Origin: Chloroflexota bacterium
Lineage (GTDB): Bacteria; Chloroflexota; Dehalococcoidia; Tepidiformales; Tepidiformaceae
Direction: 5' to 3'
Assembly: GCA_026702615.1 (NCBI GenBank)
Contig: JAPPBY010000013.1
Location: forward strand, 27,521 to 91,520
Length of the DNA: 64,000 nucleotides
Below, in pieces: positions 43,335 to 53,232 of the stretch; positions within the stretch are counted from its first letter, which is position 1, and every line of letters begins with the position of its first letter. The notes beneath the pieces are model-generated. The model saw only the letters and a list, made by a program, of their open reading frames with translations, had not been told where the DNA came from and made no database searches. The position numbers were made by a program, and so were the translations under genes.

Positions 43335-44233
43335 GCCTGCGTCCTCTCGAGGGGCTCCGAACCGAGCGTCGCTGGCCAGAGCTCGAATAGCTCGTCTATG
43401 TCGATGAACGGGTCGTCGAAGCGCAGCAACCGTTCCCGCTCCGGTTCGCTGTAGAGCGTGATGACGTGCCCCCGGGCACCGAAGGTCTGTCCGTTCGCCG
43501 CCGCCCCCGCGTCCGAGGCAAGCCACACCGCGATCGGTGCCACGTTCTTGGGGTCGCCGGCCGTCCCCGCTGCGGAAGCGCTGGGCGGCGGGCCCTCGCA
43601 CTGCCGCCCCAGGCCGCGGTCCGTCATGCGCGTCGAGGCCCCGGGCGCGATGCAGTTGCTGGTGACGCCATAGCGGCTCAGGCCGCGTGCGTTCGAGCGC
43701 ATCAGGCCGAGCTTGCCGGCGTGCGCCGCCGAGTAGTTCGGCTGCCCGCTGCTCCCGCGAATCCCCGCGTCCGAGGTGAAGTAGATGATGCGGCCCCCCT
43801 GTCGCTCCTGGCGCCAGTGGATTGCCGCGAACTTCGTCGGCGCGAAGCACCCCTTCAGGTGCGACTTGATTGACCCGTCCCACTCGTCCTCGGTCATGTT
43901 GAAGATCATCCGCTCGCGCAGGATGCCGTGGGCGCAGCACAGGATGTCGAGCTTCCCCCAGCGCTCCAGCGCCGTCCGCACGAGCCCCTCCGCCACGTCC
44001 ATCTCCGACACGTCTCCGACCGCCGCGACCGCCTCGCCGCCCGCCGCCGTGATCTCGTCGACGACGGCGTTGACGCGGCTCGCGTCCATCCCCATCCGCC
44101 CCTCCACGTCCGCGCCCGTGTCCGCCACGATCACCTTCGCGCCGTTCTCCGCGTACAGCTTCGAGACCCAGCTGCCGATGCCGCCGGCTCCGCCCGTCAC
44201 GACCGCGGTTTTGCCTTCCAGATGCTTCGCCAT
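43325..44233 (-). CDS. SDR, MFE-2-type (3-hydroxyacyl-CoA dehydrogenase-like) with C-terminal extension
   Basis: GKTAVVTGGAGGIG, NYSAAHAGKLG, NCIAPGASTRMT. Resembles the dehydrogenase domain of multifunctional enzyme type 2. Confidence 0.75.
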   Translation of the reverse strand: MAKHLEGKTAVVTGGAGGIGSWVSKLYAENGAKVIVADTGADVEGRMGMDASRVNAVVDEITAAGGEAVAAVGDVSEMDVAEGLVRTALERWGKLDILCCAHGILRERMIFNMTEDEWDGSIKSHLKGCFAPTKFAAIHWRQERQGGRIIYFTSDAGIRGSSGQPNYSAAHAGKLGLMRSNARGLSRYGVTSNCIAPGASTRMTDRGLGRQCEGPPPSASAAGTAGDPKNVAPIAVWLASDAGAAANGQTFGARGHVITLYSEPERERLLRFDDPFIDIDELFELWPATLGSEPLERTQAWT

Positions 44234-44244
44234 CGCTTCGCCTC

Positions 44245-45156
44245 CTACGGGAACGCCGGCTCTGGCGGCGCCAGGTCGTGGACCGCCAGCGTGCGCGGCA
44301 TCTGCTCGAACAGGTCATCGATGTCCCAGAACGGCGACTGCGAATAGATCGACTGGTCCCGGAACGGCTCGCGCCAGATCGTGAACTCGTGACCAGTGGT
44401 GCCGACCACGCGACCGGTCACGCTCCCGCCCTCGTCCGATGCCAGGTAGACGATCGCCGGCACCACGTTCTTCGGGTCCATCTTCGTGCCCGCCGCCGAG
44501 AGGCTCGGCGCCGGCCCCTCGCGGTCGACGCTCCGGCCGCGGTCGGTCATGCGCGTCGAGGCTGCCGGTGCGATGCAGTTCGCGGTCACGCCGTAGCGGC
44601 TCAGCGCCTGCGCGCAGGAGAGCATCAGCCCCACCTTCCCCTGCTGCGCCGCGGAGTAGTTTGGCTGCCCCGCCTCCCCGCGTTGGCCCGCCCCCGAGGT
44701 GAAGTAGATGATGCGCCCGCCTTGCCGCTCCTGCCGCCAGTGGATGGAAGCGAACTTCGTCGGCGCGAAGCACCCCTTCAGGTGCGACTTCACCGAGTCG
44801 TCCCACTCCTCCTCGTTCATGTTGAAGATCATCCGCTCGCGCAGGATGCCGTGCGCGCAGACGAGGATGTCGAGCTTGCCCCAGCGCTCCAGCGCCGTGC
44901 GAACGAGCCCCTCCGCCACGTCCATCTCCGACACGTCGCCGATGGCTGCGACGGCCTCGCCGCCCGCCGCCGTGATCTCGTCGACGACGGCGTTCACGCG
45001 GCTCGGGTCGACGCCCATCCGCCCCTCCACGTCCGCCCCCGTGTCGGCCACGATGACCTTTGCGCCCTGCTCCGCGAATATGCGGCAGATCCAGGAGCCC
45101 ATGCCCCCGGCCCCGCCCGTCACGATTGCCGTTTTGCCTTCCAGGTGCTTCGCCAT
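44245..45156 (-). CDS. SDR, MFE-2-type (tandem paralog)
   Basis: GKTAIVTGGAGGMG, NYSAAQQGKVG, NCIAPAASTRMT. The N-terminal two-thirds are nearly identical to the downstream paralog. Confidence 0.75.
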   Translation of the reverse strand: MAKHLEGKTAIVTGGAGGMGSWICRIFAEQGAKVIVADTGADVEGRMGVDPSRVNAVVDEITAAGGEAVAAIGDVSEMDVAEGLVRTALERWGKLDILVCAHGILRERMIFNMNEEEWDDSVKSHLKGCFAPTKFASIHWRQERQGGRIIYFTSGAGQRGEAGQPNYSAAQQGKVGLMLSCAQALSRYGVTANCIAPAASTRMTDRGRSVDREGPAPSLSAAGTKMDPKNVVPAIVYLASDEGGSVTGRVVGTTGHEFTIWREPFRDQSIYSQSPFWDIDDLFEQMPRTLAVHDLAPPEPAFP

Positions 45157-45213
45157 AGCGCGCGCAGCCTAGGTTGGCTGCGAGGGCGAGTCAACGCAGG
45201 GCGTCGGCCAGGA

Positions 45214-45600
45214 CTATGCGACCACCTTGCAGCGAATCGCCGACCAGTCGTCGTCGACTGCAACCTGCGCGACTGTCTGCAGCCCCACCGTCAGTGCGTA
45301 GCGGCGGATGTCGTCGCGGTTGATGTCGGCGCTCAGGCGGGTGGAGGTCCCCTTGGGGTAGGTGAACCAGAGCTTGCCGTCCGGACTCAAAAGCGCCTTC
45401 AAGCGGGACGCCTCCGCTTCCAGAGCCGCCCGAGTGGTCACAAACACCTGGATGACGTCGAACGTTCCCTGGGGAGTGCTCGCGATCTCCACGCTGTCCG
45501 GCGCATCGAGGATGGCGGCGTACCCGTCCGGTGCGCCTACGAGCAGCAGGCGCTCGCCCGCTCGCAGGTGCATGCGGTCGGCCAGGGGCTTCGTCGGCAT
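45214..45600 (-). CDS. DUF3052-like small protein
   Basis: 128 aa with the pattern LLLVGAPDGY...FDVIQVFV...GKLWFTYPKG...WSAIRCK. Family assignment from memory. Confidence 0.5.
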   Translation of the reverse strand: MPTKPLADRMHLRAGERLLLVGAPDGYAAILDAPDSVEIASTPQGTFDVIQVFVTTRAALEAEASRLKALLSPDGKLWFTYPKGTSTRLSADINRDDIRRYALTVGLQTVAQVAVDDDWSAIRCKVVA

Positions 45601-45641
45601 CGCTCGAATCCTACGGGAGTGGTGCGCACCCGCCCCCTATC

Positions 45642-46154
45642 ATGACCCCGATGCCCCGTCTCGCCCTGCCCCGCCTGCGACGCAGCGACTGCGCCTTCCT
45701 CGCCCTCGCCACCGTCATCGTCGTCGGCGACCTGCTGACCAAGTGGATCATTCGCACCGGGCTGGATCGCGGGGACGCCTGGCCCGACCCCGACTGGAAC
45801 GTCCGCATCGTGCACTTCACGAACACCGGCGCCGCCTTCGGCATCCTCGAGGGGGCGGGACCGCTGCTCGTCGTCGCGGGCGTCGTTGGAGTGGCCCTCA
45901 TTCTCGTCTACCTCTTCAATCCCGGCATGGCGAGCCCCCTCGTCCGGGCTGGACTCGCGCTCATGCTGGGGGGCGCCATCGGGAATCTCATCGACCGTGT
46001 CGGCGACGGCAAGGTCACCGACTTCATCAAGTTCCCCGAGTGGCCCGCCTTTAACGTCGCTGACTCCGCTATTACGATCGGTGCGGTGATCCTCGTATGG
46101 GCGTTCGTGATTCAGACGCAGACGGGCCAGGAAGACGGCGACAACTCCTCGTGA
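45642..46154 (+). CDS. lspA: Lipoprotein signal peptidase II
   Basis: DLLTKW, FTNTGAAFG, GGAIGNLIDR, and the DFI...FNVADSAI conserved Asp motifs. Confidence 0.9.
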   Translation: MTPMPRLALPRLRRSDCAFLALATVIVVGDLLTKWIIRTGLDRGDAWPDPDWNVRIVHFTNTGAAFGILEGAGPLLVVAGVVGVALILVYLFNPGMASPLVRAGLALMLGGAIGNLIDRVGDGKVTDFIKFPEWPAFNVADSAITIGAVILVWAFVIQTQTGQEDGDNSS

Positions 46155-47074
46155 CCGAGGAGGGCCGCCTCGACACCGTTCTCGCCGCCGCCTACCCCGA
46201 CCTCAGCCGCGCCCGCGTGCAGCGCCTCATCGCCAACGAGCACGTCCTCGTCGACGGCGCCCCCGCTCGCAAGTCGACGTACGTCCACGAGGGCGCCGAG
46301 ATCGCCGTCACCCTCCCCGAGACCACCCGCGACGCCGCCCCCAGTGGCCTCTCCCTCCCCGTCCTTTACGAGGACGACCACGTGCTCGCCATCGACAAGC
46401 CCGCCGGCCTCCTGGTGCACGACGCTCCCGCCGAGCCCTGCGCCCCCAGCGTCGCCGCCTGGTTCGTCGAGCACTATCCGAGCGAAGCCGCCGCCTTCGA
46501 CGTCGAACGCCCCGGCATCGTGCATCGCCTCGACAAGCACACCAGCGGCGTCCTTCTCCTCGCGAAGACTCCCCCTGCCCAGACCGCCCTCAGTGCCGCC
46601 TTCGAGGCCCGCGAGACGCACAAGCAGTACCTCGCCCTCTGTGACGGCATCCCCCAGCGCGACCGCGCCGTCATCGACGCCGACATCGCCCGCAGCCAGG
46701 CCGATCGCCGCCGCATGGCCGTCGCGTCCGACGGCCGCAGCGCCCAGACGGAGTACGAGGTCCTCGCCGCCGCTCGCGAACGCTCGCTGGTCTTGGCGAA
46801 GCCCCTCACCGGCCGCACCCACCAGATACGCGTCCACCTCGCCGCCATCGGCGCCCCCGTCGCTGGCGATGAGCTGTACGGGCGCGGCCCCGGCCCCCGC
46901 CACCTCCTCCACGCCTGGCGACTGACCATGCCCCACCCGGTGGGCGGCGAGCTGACGGTTACCGCGCCCCTCCCCCGCGACATGCTGGCCGCCATCGACG
47001 ATGCCGGTTTCGCCGCCCAGGCCGCCCCCTACGCCGAGCCCGTCGACCCCACCCGCACGGAGGCGACCGCATGA
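46151..47074 (+). CDS. RluA/RluD-family pseudouridine synthase
   Basis: S4-like N-terminus (RLD..L....LSRARVQRLI) and catalytic HRLDKHTSGVLLLAKT. GTGA overlap with lspA. Confidence 0.9.
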   Translation: MTEEGRLDTVLAAAYPDLSRARVQRLIANEHVLVDGAPARKSTYVHEGAEIAVTLPETTRDAAPSGLSLPVLYEDDHVLAIDKPAGLLVHDAPAEPCAPSVAAWFVEHYPSEAAAFDVERPGIVHRLDKHTSGVLLLAKTPPAQTALSAAFEARETHKQYLALCDGIPQRDRAVIDADIARSQADRRRMAVASDGRSAQTEYEVLAAARERSLVLAKPLTGRTHQIRVHLAAIGAPVAGDELYGRGPGPRHLLHAWRLTMPHPVGGELTVTAPLPRDMLAAIDDAGFAAQAAPYAEPVDPTRTEATA

Positions 47075-48540
47075 CCGGCTCCGTGCGCACCCGCTTCGCC
47101 CCCAGCCCTACCGGCGAGCTGCACATCGGCGGCCTGCGCACGGCCCTCTTCGGGTGGGCCTTCGTCCAGGCGAACGGCGGCCAGTTCGTCCTCCGCATAG
47201 AAGACACGGACCAGAGCCGCTATGTCGAGGGCTCAGTCGAGAATATCTACGAGGGTCTCCGCTGGCTTGGCATCGAGTGGGACGAGGGCCCCGACGTCGG
47301 CGGTCCGCACGGCCCCTACGTCCAGTCGGAGCGCCTCGACAAGTACCACGCCGTCGCCGACGAGCTGCGCGAGCGTGGTCGTGCGTATCGCTGCTTTTGC
47401 ACCGCCGAGCGGCTCGCCCAGCTGCGCAAGGATCAGCAGAAGGACGGCCTTGCCCCCGGGTACGACGGCCGCTGCCGCGGCCTCGACCCCGAGGAAGCCG
47501 AGGAGCGTGCCCGCACCGAGCCCTCAGTCCTGCGTTTCCGCATGGACCGCACCGGCACAACCACCTTCCCCGACCTCATTCGTGGCGATGTCACCTTCCA
47601 GAACTCCCTCCAGGACGACTTCGTCCTGCTCAAGACCGACGGCTTCCCCACCTACCACCTCGCCATGCTCGTCGACGACCACGACATGGAGATCACGCAC
47701 GTCATCCGTGGGGAGGAGTGGCTCGCGAGCGGTCCCCGCCACCTCCAGCTCTACGAGGCGATGGACTGGCAGCCGCCCCGGTTCGCCCACCTCCCCGTGC
47801 TCGTCGACCGCGACGGACGCAAGCTCTCCAAGCGCTCCGGAGACGTCGCCGCCCTCGACTACCGCGACAGCGGCTATCTACCTGAAGCTACGCTCAACTT
47901 CCTCGCCTTCCTCGGCTGGTCCCTCGACGACCACACCACCCACATCACACCCGAGGAGTTCACCCGCGTCTTCTCCCTCGACCGCGTCGTCTCCAACCCG
48001 GCGTTCTTCGATGTCGAGCGCCTCGACGCGCTCAACGGCCACTACATCCGTGCCCTCGACCCTGCCGACTGGCGTGACCTCGTCGCCCACTGGCTCGACG
48101 GTGGCCTCCCCGCCGACATCCCCCGCCCCCTCGATGCCGACCTCGTGACCGCCGTCGCCCCCCTCCTCCAGGAACGCGTCGCGCGCCTCGACGAGGTCGC
48201 CGGGCTCTCTCGCTTCCTCTTCGCCGATCTGCCCGACTACCCCCCCGAACTCCTCACCGAGCGCATCAAGGGCGACACCGAGCTGGCCGCCCGCACCCTC
48301 GACGCCGCCATCGCTGCCGTTGAAGCCGTCAGCGCCGAGGCCTGGGCGCCGGAGCCGGTCGAAGCGGCCCTGCGCTCGCTCCAGGACACGCTCGACCTGA
48401 AGCTGAGGAAGTTCGTCTCCGTGCTCTACGTGGCGATCATGGGCGCCCCGCGAGGCATCCCGCTGTTCGACTCCGTGGCCCTCCTCGGGCGCGACGAGGC
48501 GCTCACCCGCCTCCGCTCTGCCCGGGCCAAGCTGGGCTGA
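47071..48540 (+). CDS. gltX: Glutamate--tRNA ligase
   Basis: RFAPSPTGELHIGGLRTALF (HIGH) and LSKRSG (KMSKS-like). ATGA overlap with the upstream gene. Confidence 0.95.
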   Translation: MTGSVRTRFAPSPTGELHIGGLRTALFGWAFVQANGGQFVLRIEDTDQSRYVEGSVENIYEGLRWLGIEWDEGPDVGGPHGPYVQSERLDKYHAVADELRERGRAYRCFCTAERLAQLRKDQQKDGLAPGYDGRCRGLDPEEAEERARTEPSVLRFRMDRTGTTTFPDLIRGDVTFQNSLQDDFVLLKTDGFPTYHLAMLVDDHDMEITHVIRGEEWLASGPRHLQLYEAMDWQPPRFAHLPVLVDRDGRKLSKRSGDVAALDYRDSGYLPEATLNFLAFLGWSLDDHTTHITPEEFTRVFSLDRVVSNPAFFDVERLDALNGHYIRALDPADWRDLVAHWLDGGLPADIPRPLDADLVTAVAPLLQERVARLDEVAGLSRFLFADLPDYPPELLTERIKGDTELAARTLDAAIAAVEAVSAEAWAPEPVEAALRSLQDTLDLKLRKFVSVLYVAIMGAPRGIPLFDSVALLGRDEALTRLRSARAKLG

Positions 48541-48543
48541 GCC

Positions 48544-49545
48544 TCAGCGCAGCGCCACCGTTGCGTCACGCTTGCGCGGCAGGTTGAACCACGCGTCGTC
48601 GCAGAAGGCGAGGTCCTCCTCGCTCAGTGTCAGCTCCGCGCCGCCGATGGAGTCCTCGATCTGCTCGGGTCGGCTCGCCCCGACGATCGCCGAGGTAATC
48701 CCGTCCTGTGCGATCACCCACGCAATCGCCGCGTGCGTCAGCGAGGTGTCGCGCTCGGCGAAGTACGTCCGCAGGCGCTCGACCTCGCGGAACTGCACAT
48801 CGTCCCAGTAACGGGCGCGGTAGCGCGGCCCCGCGTTCCCGATGGTGAAGCGCGTCTCTTCGCGCAGGTCCTCGGTGCCCGCGTACTTCCCGGTGAGCAT
48901 GCCGCCCGCCAGCGGGTTGTAGGCGATGACGCCCACGCCCTCCGACCGGCAGAGGGGCAGCAGCTCGTTCTCGATTTCCCGGAAGAGGATGTTGTAGCGA
49001 GGCTGGTCGCAGTCGTACCGCGCGATGCCGAGCCGCTCGCTCGCCCCGATCGCCCGCGCCAGCTGCCACGCCTGGTAGTTCGAGCAGCCGATGTAGCGCA
49101 CCTTCCCCCAGCGCACGAGGTCATCGAGCGCCTTCATCGTCTCCTCGATGGGCGTGCTCTCGTCCGGGAAGTGCGTCTGGTACAGGTCGATGTAGTCCGT
49201 GCCCAGCCGCTTCAGGCTCGCGTCGACCGCGCTGAGGATGTGCTGGCGCGAGAGTCCGCGGTCGTTCGGTCCCGACCCCGTCGCCCCCCACGCCTTCGTC
49301 GCCAGCACGACCTTGTCGCGGGGCATCGTCGCGAGCCACTTCCCCACGATCGCCTCCGTGGCGCCCGTCTCCTCGCTGCCCATCGGATAGGCGTCGGCCG
49401 TATCGAGGAAGTTCACACCCGCGTCCCAGGCAGCGCCCATGATGCGCAGGGCTGCCTGCTCGTCGGTCTGGAACCCGAACGTCATCGTCCCCAGGCAGAT
49501 CGTCGAGACGCGCAGTCCTGTGCGTCCCATCCTTCGGTACTCCAT
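48544..49545 (-). CDS. Aldo/keto reductase
   Basis: MEYRRMGRTGLRVSTICLGTMTFG, FLDTADAY, IDLYQTH. AAGGAGA Shine-Dalgarno sequence. Confidence 0.9.
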   Translation of the reverse strand: MEYRRMGRTGLRVSTICLGTMTFGFQTDEQAALRIMGAAWDAGVNFLDTADAYPMGSEETGATEAIVGKWLATMPRDKVVLATKAWGATGSGPNDRGLSRQHILSAVDASLKRLGTDYIDLYQTHFPDESTPIEETMKALDDLVRWGKVRYIGCSNYQAWQLARAIGASERLGIARYDCDQPRYNILFREIENELLPLCRSEGVGVIAYNPLAGGMLTGKYAGTEDLREETRFTIGNAGPRYRARYWDDVQFREVERLRTYFAERDTSLTHAAIAWVIAQDGITSAIVGASRPEQIEDSIGGAELTLSEEDLAFCDDAWFNLPRKRDATVALR

Positions 49546-49567
49546 CGTGTCTCTCCTTGCCGTGCGC

Positions 49568-51733
49568 CTACGAACGGAGGTGCGGTTCCAGCAGCTCGAC
49601 GTAGAAGCTGGCCCACTCGGGCCGCAGGTGGGTGCCATCTTTCCACAGCACCTCGGGACGCTCCTCAATGGCTGCCCGCCAGTCGACGAGGAACGCGCCC
49701 TCGTGGCGCTCGACGCCCTCGCGGATGACCTCGTTGTTCCCCTGCTCCCACGAGCGACTCACGCGCAGCGTCAGGAACACGACGCGCCGCTCCGGCCCCA
49801 CGACATCCATGATCTGGTCGAACTGCTTCGAGGTGAATGTGCCGTTGTTGCCCAGGTGCAGCAGCACGACATCCCCGAGCTGGCCGTTCGCCTTCCGCTC
49901 CTTCAGCAACCTTATCGCCTGCGAAACCTGCCGCCCCACCGAGGCGTCGAGGTCGATGCCGGGGATGTCCTCGGCGAGCTGGTGTGCGGCGCCGAGCATC
50001 ACCGAGTCGCCAATCGCGGTGACGCGCACGTTGATGGAGTTGCCTGCCACAACCCGACCGGCCGGTTGCGGTCCCTCGGCCTCGGGCGCTGTTCGCTTTG
50101 GCGCCAGCGCGTCCGATTGGAAGGCGTCCGTCATCGCGGCCAGCGATGCCGCCTGCTCGGCTGCCGCTGGCACGGCCGGGTCGTGAGCCGCCACGGCCAG
50201 GACTAGCGGGTCGCCGGCGGCCGCCGCCGCCACTGAACCGGTCTCCCCCGCCTGCGACGCGGGCAAGTCGAACAGCGTGGGTGGCGAAGCCGTCCGCGAA
50301 CCCTGCAGCGACACCACCCGGTATGGGTCCTCCGTTCTCGCCGAGGCTGCTTCCGTCGCCACGATATCGGTGTTCACCAGTCGCAGTCGTACCAGCGCGA
50401 AGTAGGGGGGCTCCTCCTCCGCTGGCGTCAGCGTCATGAAGATTGCGACCACGGCCACGCCGGCCGCCGTCGCCGTACCCGCCAGCGCCAGCGTTCCCCG
50501 CCGCCATTGCGGCGTCGCAGCGCCTTCCCAGAGCTGCTTCCACAGCCGCCCCAGCGCGCCCTCGCGGATTGGCTTCTCCACCCAGCGGTACGACCCCTCC
50601 GCCAGCGCCAGCGTGACCGCGACCTGCATGGCTAACAGCGGCACGCCGTCGAACGGCACGTCGACGCCGGGGCGAGTCAGGACCATTACCGGCCAGTGCC
50701 AGAGGTAGATGCCGTACGAACGCACCCCCACCCAGCGCAGGACCGGCGTTCCCAGCCCCTGGGCCAGCGGGGAACGCTCGTGCGTCGCCGCCACGATCAG
50801 GGCTGCGGTCGCGACGCCCACCAGCGCGAAGCCGCCCTGGTACAGGAACGGCGTGCTTCCGTCGGCCAGCAACGTGAGCCCGACGAGCGTCGCGAGCCCC
50901 ACGGCCCCGGCCAGCGTCAGCGCTGCCACTCCCGCCAGCGCCCGCAGGCCGCTCCCGCCCTCGCTCTGCCGCGCGCTCCACACGAACGCCAGCGCCGCCC
51001 CGATGAGCAGGCCGGAGGCCCGCGTATCGGTCCCGTAGTAGATGCGCGTGACTGCGCTCCCCGGCTCGTACAGCGCCGCCATCGCGATCGCCGAGGCGGC
51101 TGCCCCGCCGAGGATCAGGGCCAGCGTGAGCCGGTTCCGCAGCAGCGCCAGTCCGCCCGCCATGAGCAGGGGCCACACCACGTAGAACTGCTCCTCCACC
51201 GCCAGCGACCAGAGATGGCGCAGCATTGAGGGGCGCTCCCACGAATCGAAGTACGTCTCCCCCGCGACGATCAGGTCCCAGTTCGTGACGTAGGCAAGCG
51301 CCGCCCCGATGTCGCGGCGGAGCCCCGCTGCCTCACCCGGCTCGAAGATGACCGTGTAGGCCGCTACCGCGAACAGCAGCAGGAACAGAGCCGGCAGAAG
51401 CCGCCGCGCCCGTCGCATCCAGAAGGCCCCCAGTGCGATGCGCCCGCTGTTTGCGCGTTCCGCCAGCAGTGCCCGCGTGATGATGTACCCGCTGATGACG
51501 AAGAAGACCTCAACGCCGAGAAACCCGCCCGGCGCGATGCCCAGCGCGGAGTGGAAAAGCACGACTGCGATCACGGCCAGCGCCCGCATCCCGTCCAGGC
51601 CCGGCAGGTAGCGCTGCTGGGGAGGAGCGGGTGGGACCGGGGAAAGCGGTCTCTGACGGGTGGGCGTCGGCCCTGGACGGGTGTCCGGGGCGGCCAACCC
51701 ATGCTGGATGGCCAATAGGGGCAATAAAGGCAA
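49568..51733 (-). CDS. Acyltransferase-3 (OafA/YrhL-type) membrane protein with C-terminal SGNH domain
   Basis: YLPGLDGMRALAVIAVVLFH, VEVFFVISGYIIT, about 10 TM helices, and C-terminal IGDSVMLG (SGNH block I). The start (TTG at 51733) is uncertain. Confidence 0.8.
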   Translation of the reverse strand: MPLLPLLAIQHGLAAPDTRPGPTPTRQRPLSPVPPAPPQQRYLPGLDGMRALAVIAVVLFHSALGIAPGGFLGVEVFFVISGYIITRALLAERANSGRIALGAFWMRRARRLLPALFLLLFAVAAYTVIFEPGEAAGLRRDIGAALAYVTNWDLIVAGETYFDSWERPSMLRHLWSLAVEEQFYVVWPLLMAGGLALLRNRLTLALILGGAAASAIAMAALYEPGSAVTRIYYGTDTRASGLLIGAALAFVWSARQSEGGSGLRALAGVAALTLAGAVGLATLVGLTLLADGSTPFLYQGGFALVGVATAALIVAATHERSPLAQGLGTPVLRWVGVRSYGIYLWHWPVMVLTRPGVDVPFDGVPLLAMQVAVTLALAEGSYRWVEKPIREGALGRLWKQLWEGAATPQWRRGTLALAGTATAAGVAVVAIFMTLTPAEEEPPYFALVRLRLVNTDIVATEAASARTEDPYRVVSLQGSRTASPPTLFDLPASQAGETGSVAAAAAGDPLVLAVAAHDPAVPAAAEQAASLAAMTDAFQSDALAPKRTAPEAEGPQPAGRVVAGNSINVRVTAIGDSVMLGAAHQLAEDIPGIDLDASVGRQVSQAIRLLKERKANGQLGDVVLLHLGNNGTFTSKQFDQIMDVVGPERRVVFLTLRVSRSWEQGNNEVIREGVERHEGAFLVDWRAAIEERPEVLWKDGTHLRPEWASFYVELLEPHLRS

Positions 51734-51812
51734 GGCCGCGAAGGATACGTCAACGCCCTCTTAGGTGCCCCCGCAATGCCTCCGTCCGCTACCCTCGTGG
51801 GCGGAGGTGGTC

Positions 51813-52646
51813 GTGACCGCAGCGGGAACTCGTGAGTGGCGCATGGTGGCCTTTCTCGACCACGAGGACGACCCGGCGACGATGGCCAACCCCGTCCACA
51901 GCACCGACTTCGCCCGCGAGCTCGGCTTCGCCGGCCCGCTGGTCGCCGGCGCGACGGTGTGGGGCTGGAGTGTGCCTGCCATCCTCGAAACGCTCGGCGA
52001 CACATGGCTCGACAAGGGTTGGGCGCGCTTCCGCTTCCGCCAGCCCGTCTACCCGGGCGACGAGGTCCGCATCACGCTCTCGCCCCAGGAGGGCGGCGCC
52101 TTCGCCCTCCGCATGATCAATCCCGCGGGTGTCGACTGCGTCGCGGGGGAAGTGGGCCTCGGCGCCAACGCCGTGCTCGCCGAGTTCGACGCCGCGGAAC
52201 GCATGGACCCCGCCCCCGGCCCGGAACCGCAGCCCGAGCTGCGCGTCGACCCCGCCCTTGTTGGCGCCGACTGGACCCCGATGGCCGTGGACGCCTCCCC
52301 TGAGACCCTGCGCGCCTACATGCAGCTCAGCCACCGCTCCGACGATCCGCGCTTCACCGGCGATGCGGCCCGGCTCCACCCGGCCTGGCTCGTGGCGCGA
52401 GCGGAGGCTCTCATGCGCCACAACTTCGCCATCTCCAGCTCCATCCATACCCGCAGCGAGGTCGAGTTCCTCGCGCCCGCCCCCGTTGGGGGCGCAGTTG
52501 TGACGGTAGGGCGCTGCGTCGCCGTGTACGAGCGCAAGGGCCGCCCTCTCGTTGAGTTCGACTGCCTCGTGCGGGGCCCCGGCGGCCGCGACCTCGCCCG
52601 CATGCGCCACACCACCATCTTCGATGCCACGGCAGGTGTTTCATGA
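51813..52646 (+). CDS. MaoC-like (hot-dog fold) dehydratase family protein
   Basis: NPVHSTDFARELGFAGPLVAGATV and a second hot-dog-like half. GTG at 51813 is preceded by GGAGG; the track ORF starts at 51765. Confidence 0.65.
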   Translation: MTAAGTREWRMVAFLDHEDDPATMANPVHSTDFARELGFAGPLVAGATVWGWSVPAILETLGDTWLDKGWARFRFRQPVYPGDEVRITLSPQEGGAFALRMINPAGVDCVAGEVGLGANAVLAEFDAAERMDPAPGPEPQPELRVDPALVGADWTPMAVDASPETLRAYMQLSHRSDDPRFTGDAARLHPAWLVARAEALMRHNFAISSSIHTRSEVEFLAPAPVGGAVVTVGRCVAVYERKGRPLVEFDCLVRGPGGRDLARMRHTTIFDATAGVS

Positions 52647-53176
52647 TCGACTCGATCGCCGGTTTCCTTCGCTACTTCGATGGCGTCCATCGCCGCGCAC
52701 TGCGCGATGTGGCGGCCCTGCCTCCCGAGGCCGCTTCCTGGAAGCCCCCCGCCGGCGAGGGCGAAGCCGCCTGGGATGTCCCCGACCTCGTGGCCCACAT
52801 CGCCCGCTCCCGCGGCTTCTTCGTGGGCGTCTACCACGACGAGGGCTGGATCATGCCGCCGCCCCCCGACACCTCCTCCCCCGAGCTGTGGACGCCCGCT
52901 CTGGAGGAGAGCGCTGCCGCCCTCCAGCAGCGCCTCCAGGACACCCCCGACGAGTGGCTCCAGCGCCGCGTGCCCCTGATCGAGGGCGACGCCACGCTCG
53001 CCGGCTGGCGCGTCCTCATGATGCTGGTCGAACACGAGGTCCATCACCGTAGCCAGATCGACACCTATGCCGGACTGAACGGCTGGTCACCCCCCGACAT
53101 CTTCGGGATGAGCGCCGAGGGCCTTGCTGAGCGCGAGGCCGCCCAGCGCCAGCGCCTCGCCGAGCGCGGCGGCTAA
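52643..53176 (+). CDS. DinB-family (four-helix bundle, metal-binding) protein
   Basis: H...H..HR pattern (HIARSRG...LVEHEVHHRSQI). ATGA overlap with the upstream gene. Confidence 0.65.
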   Translation: MIDSIAGFLRYFDGVHRRALRDVAALPPEAASWKPPAGEGEAAWDVPDLVAHIARSRGFFVGVYHDEGWIMPPPPDTSSPELWTPALEESAAALQQRLQDTPDEWLQRRVPLIEGDATLAGWRVLMMLVEHEVHHRSQIDTYAGLNGWSPPDIFGMSAEGLAEREAAQRQRLAERGG

Positions 53177-53232
53177 ACCCGCCGAATCGCGCTTCCCGTT
53201 TCCGCCCCGTAGGCTGCGCGCGGAGGTGCGAT

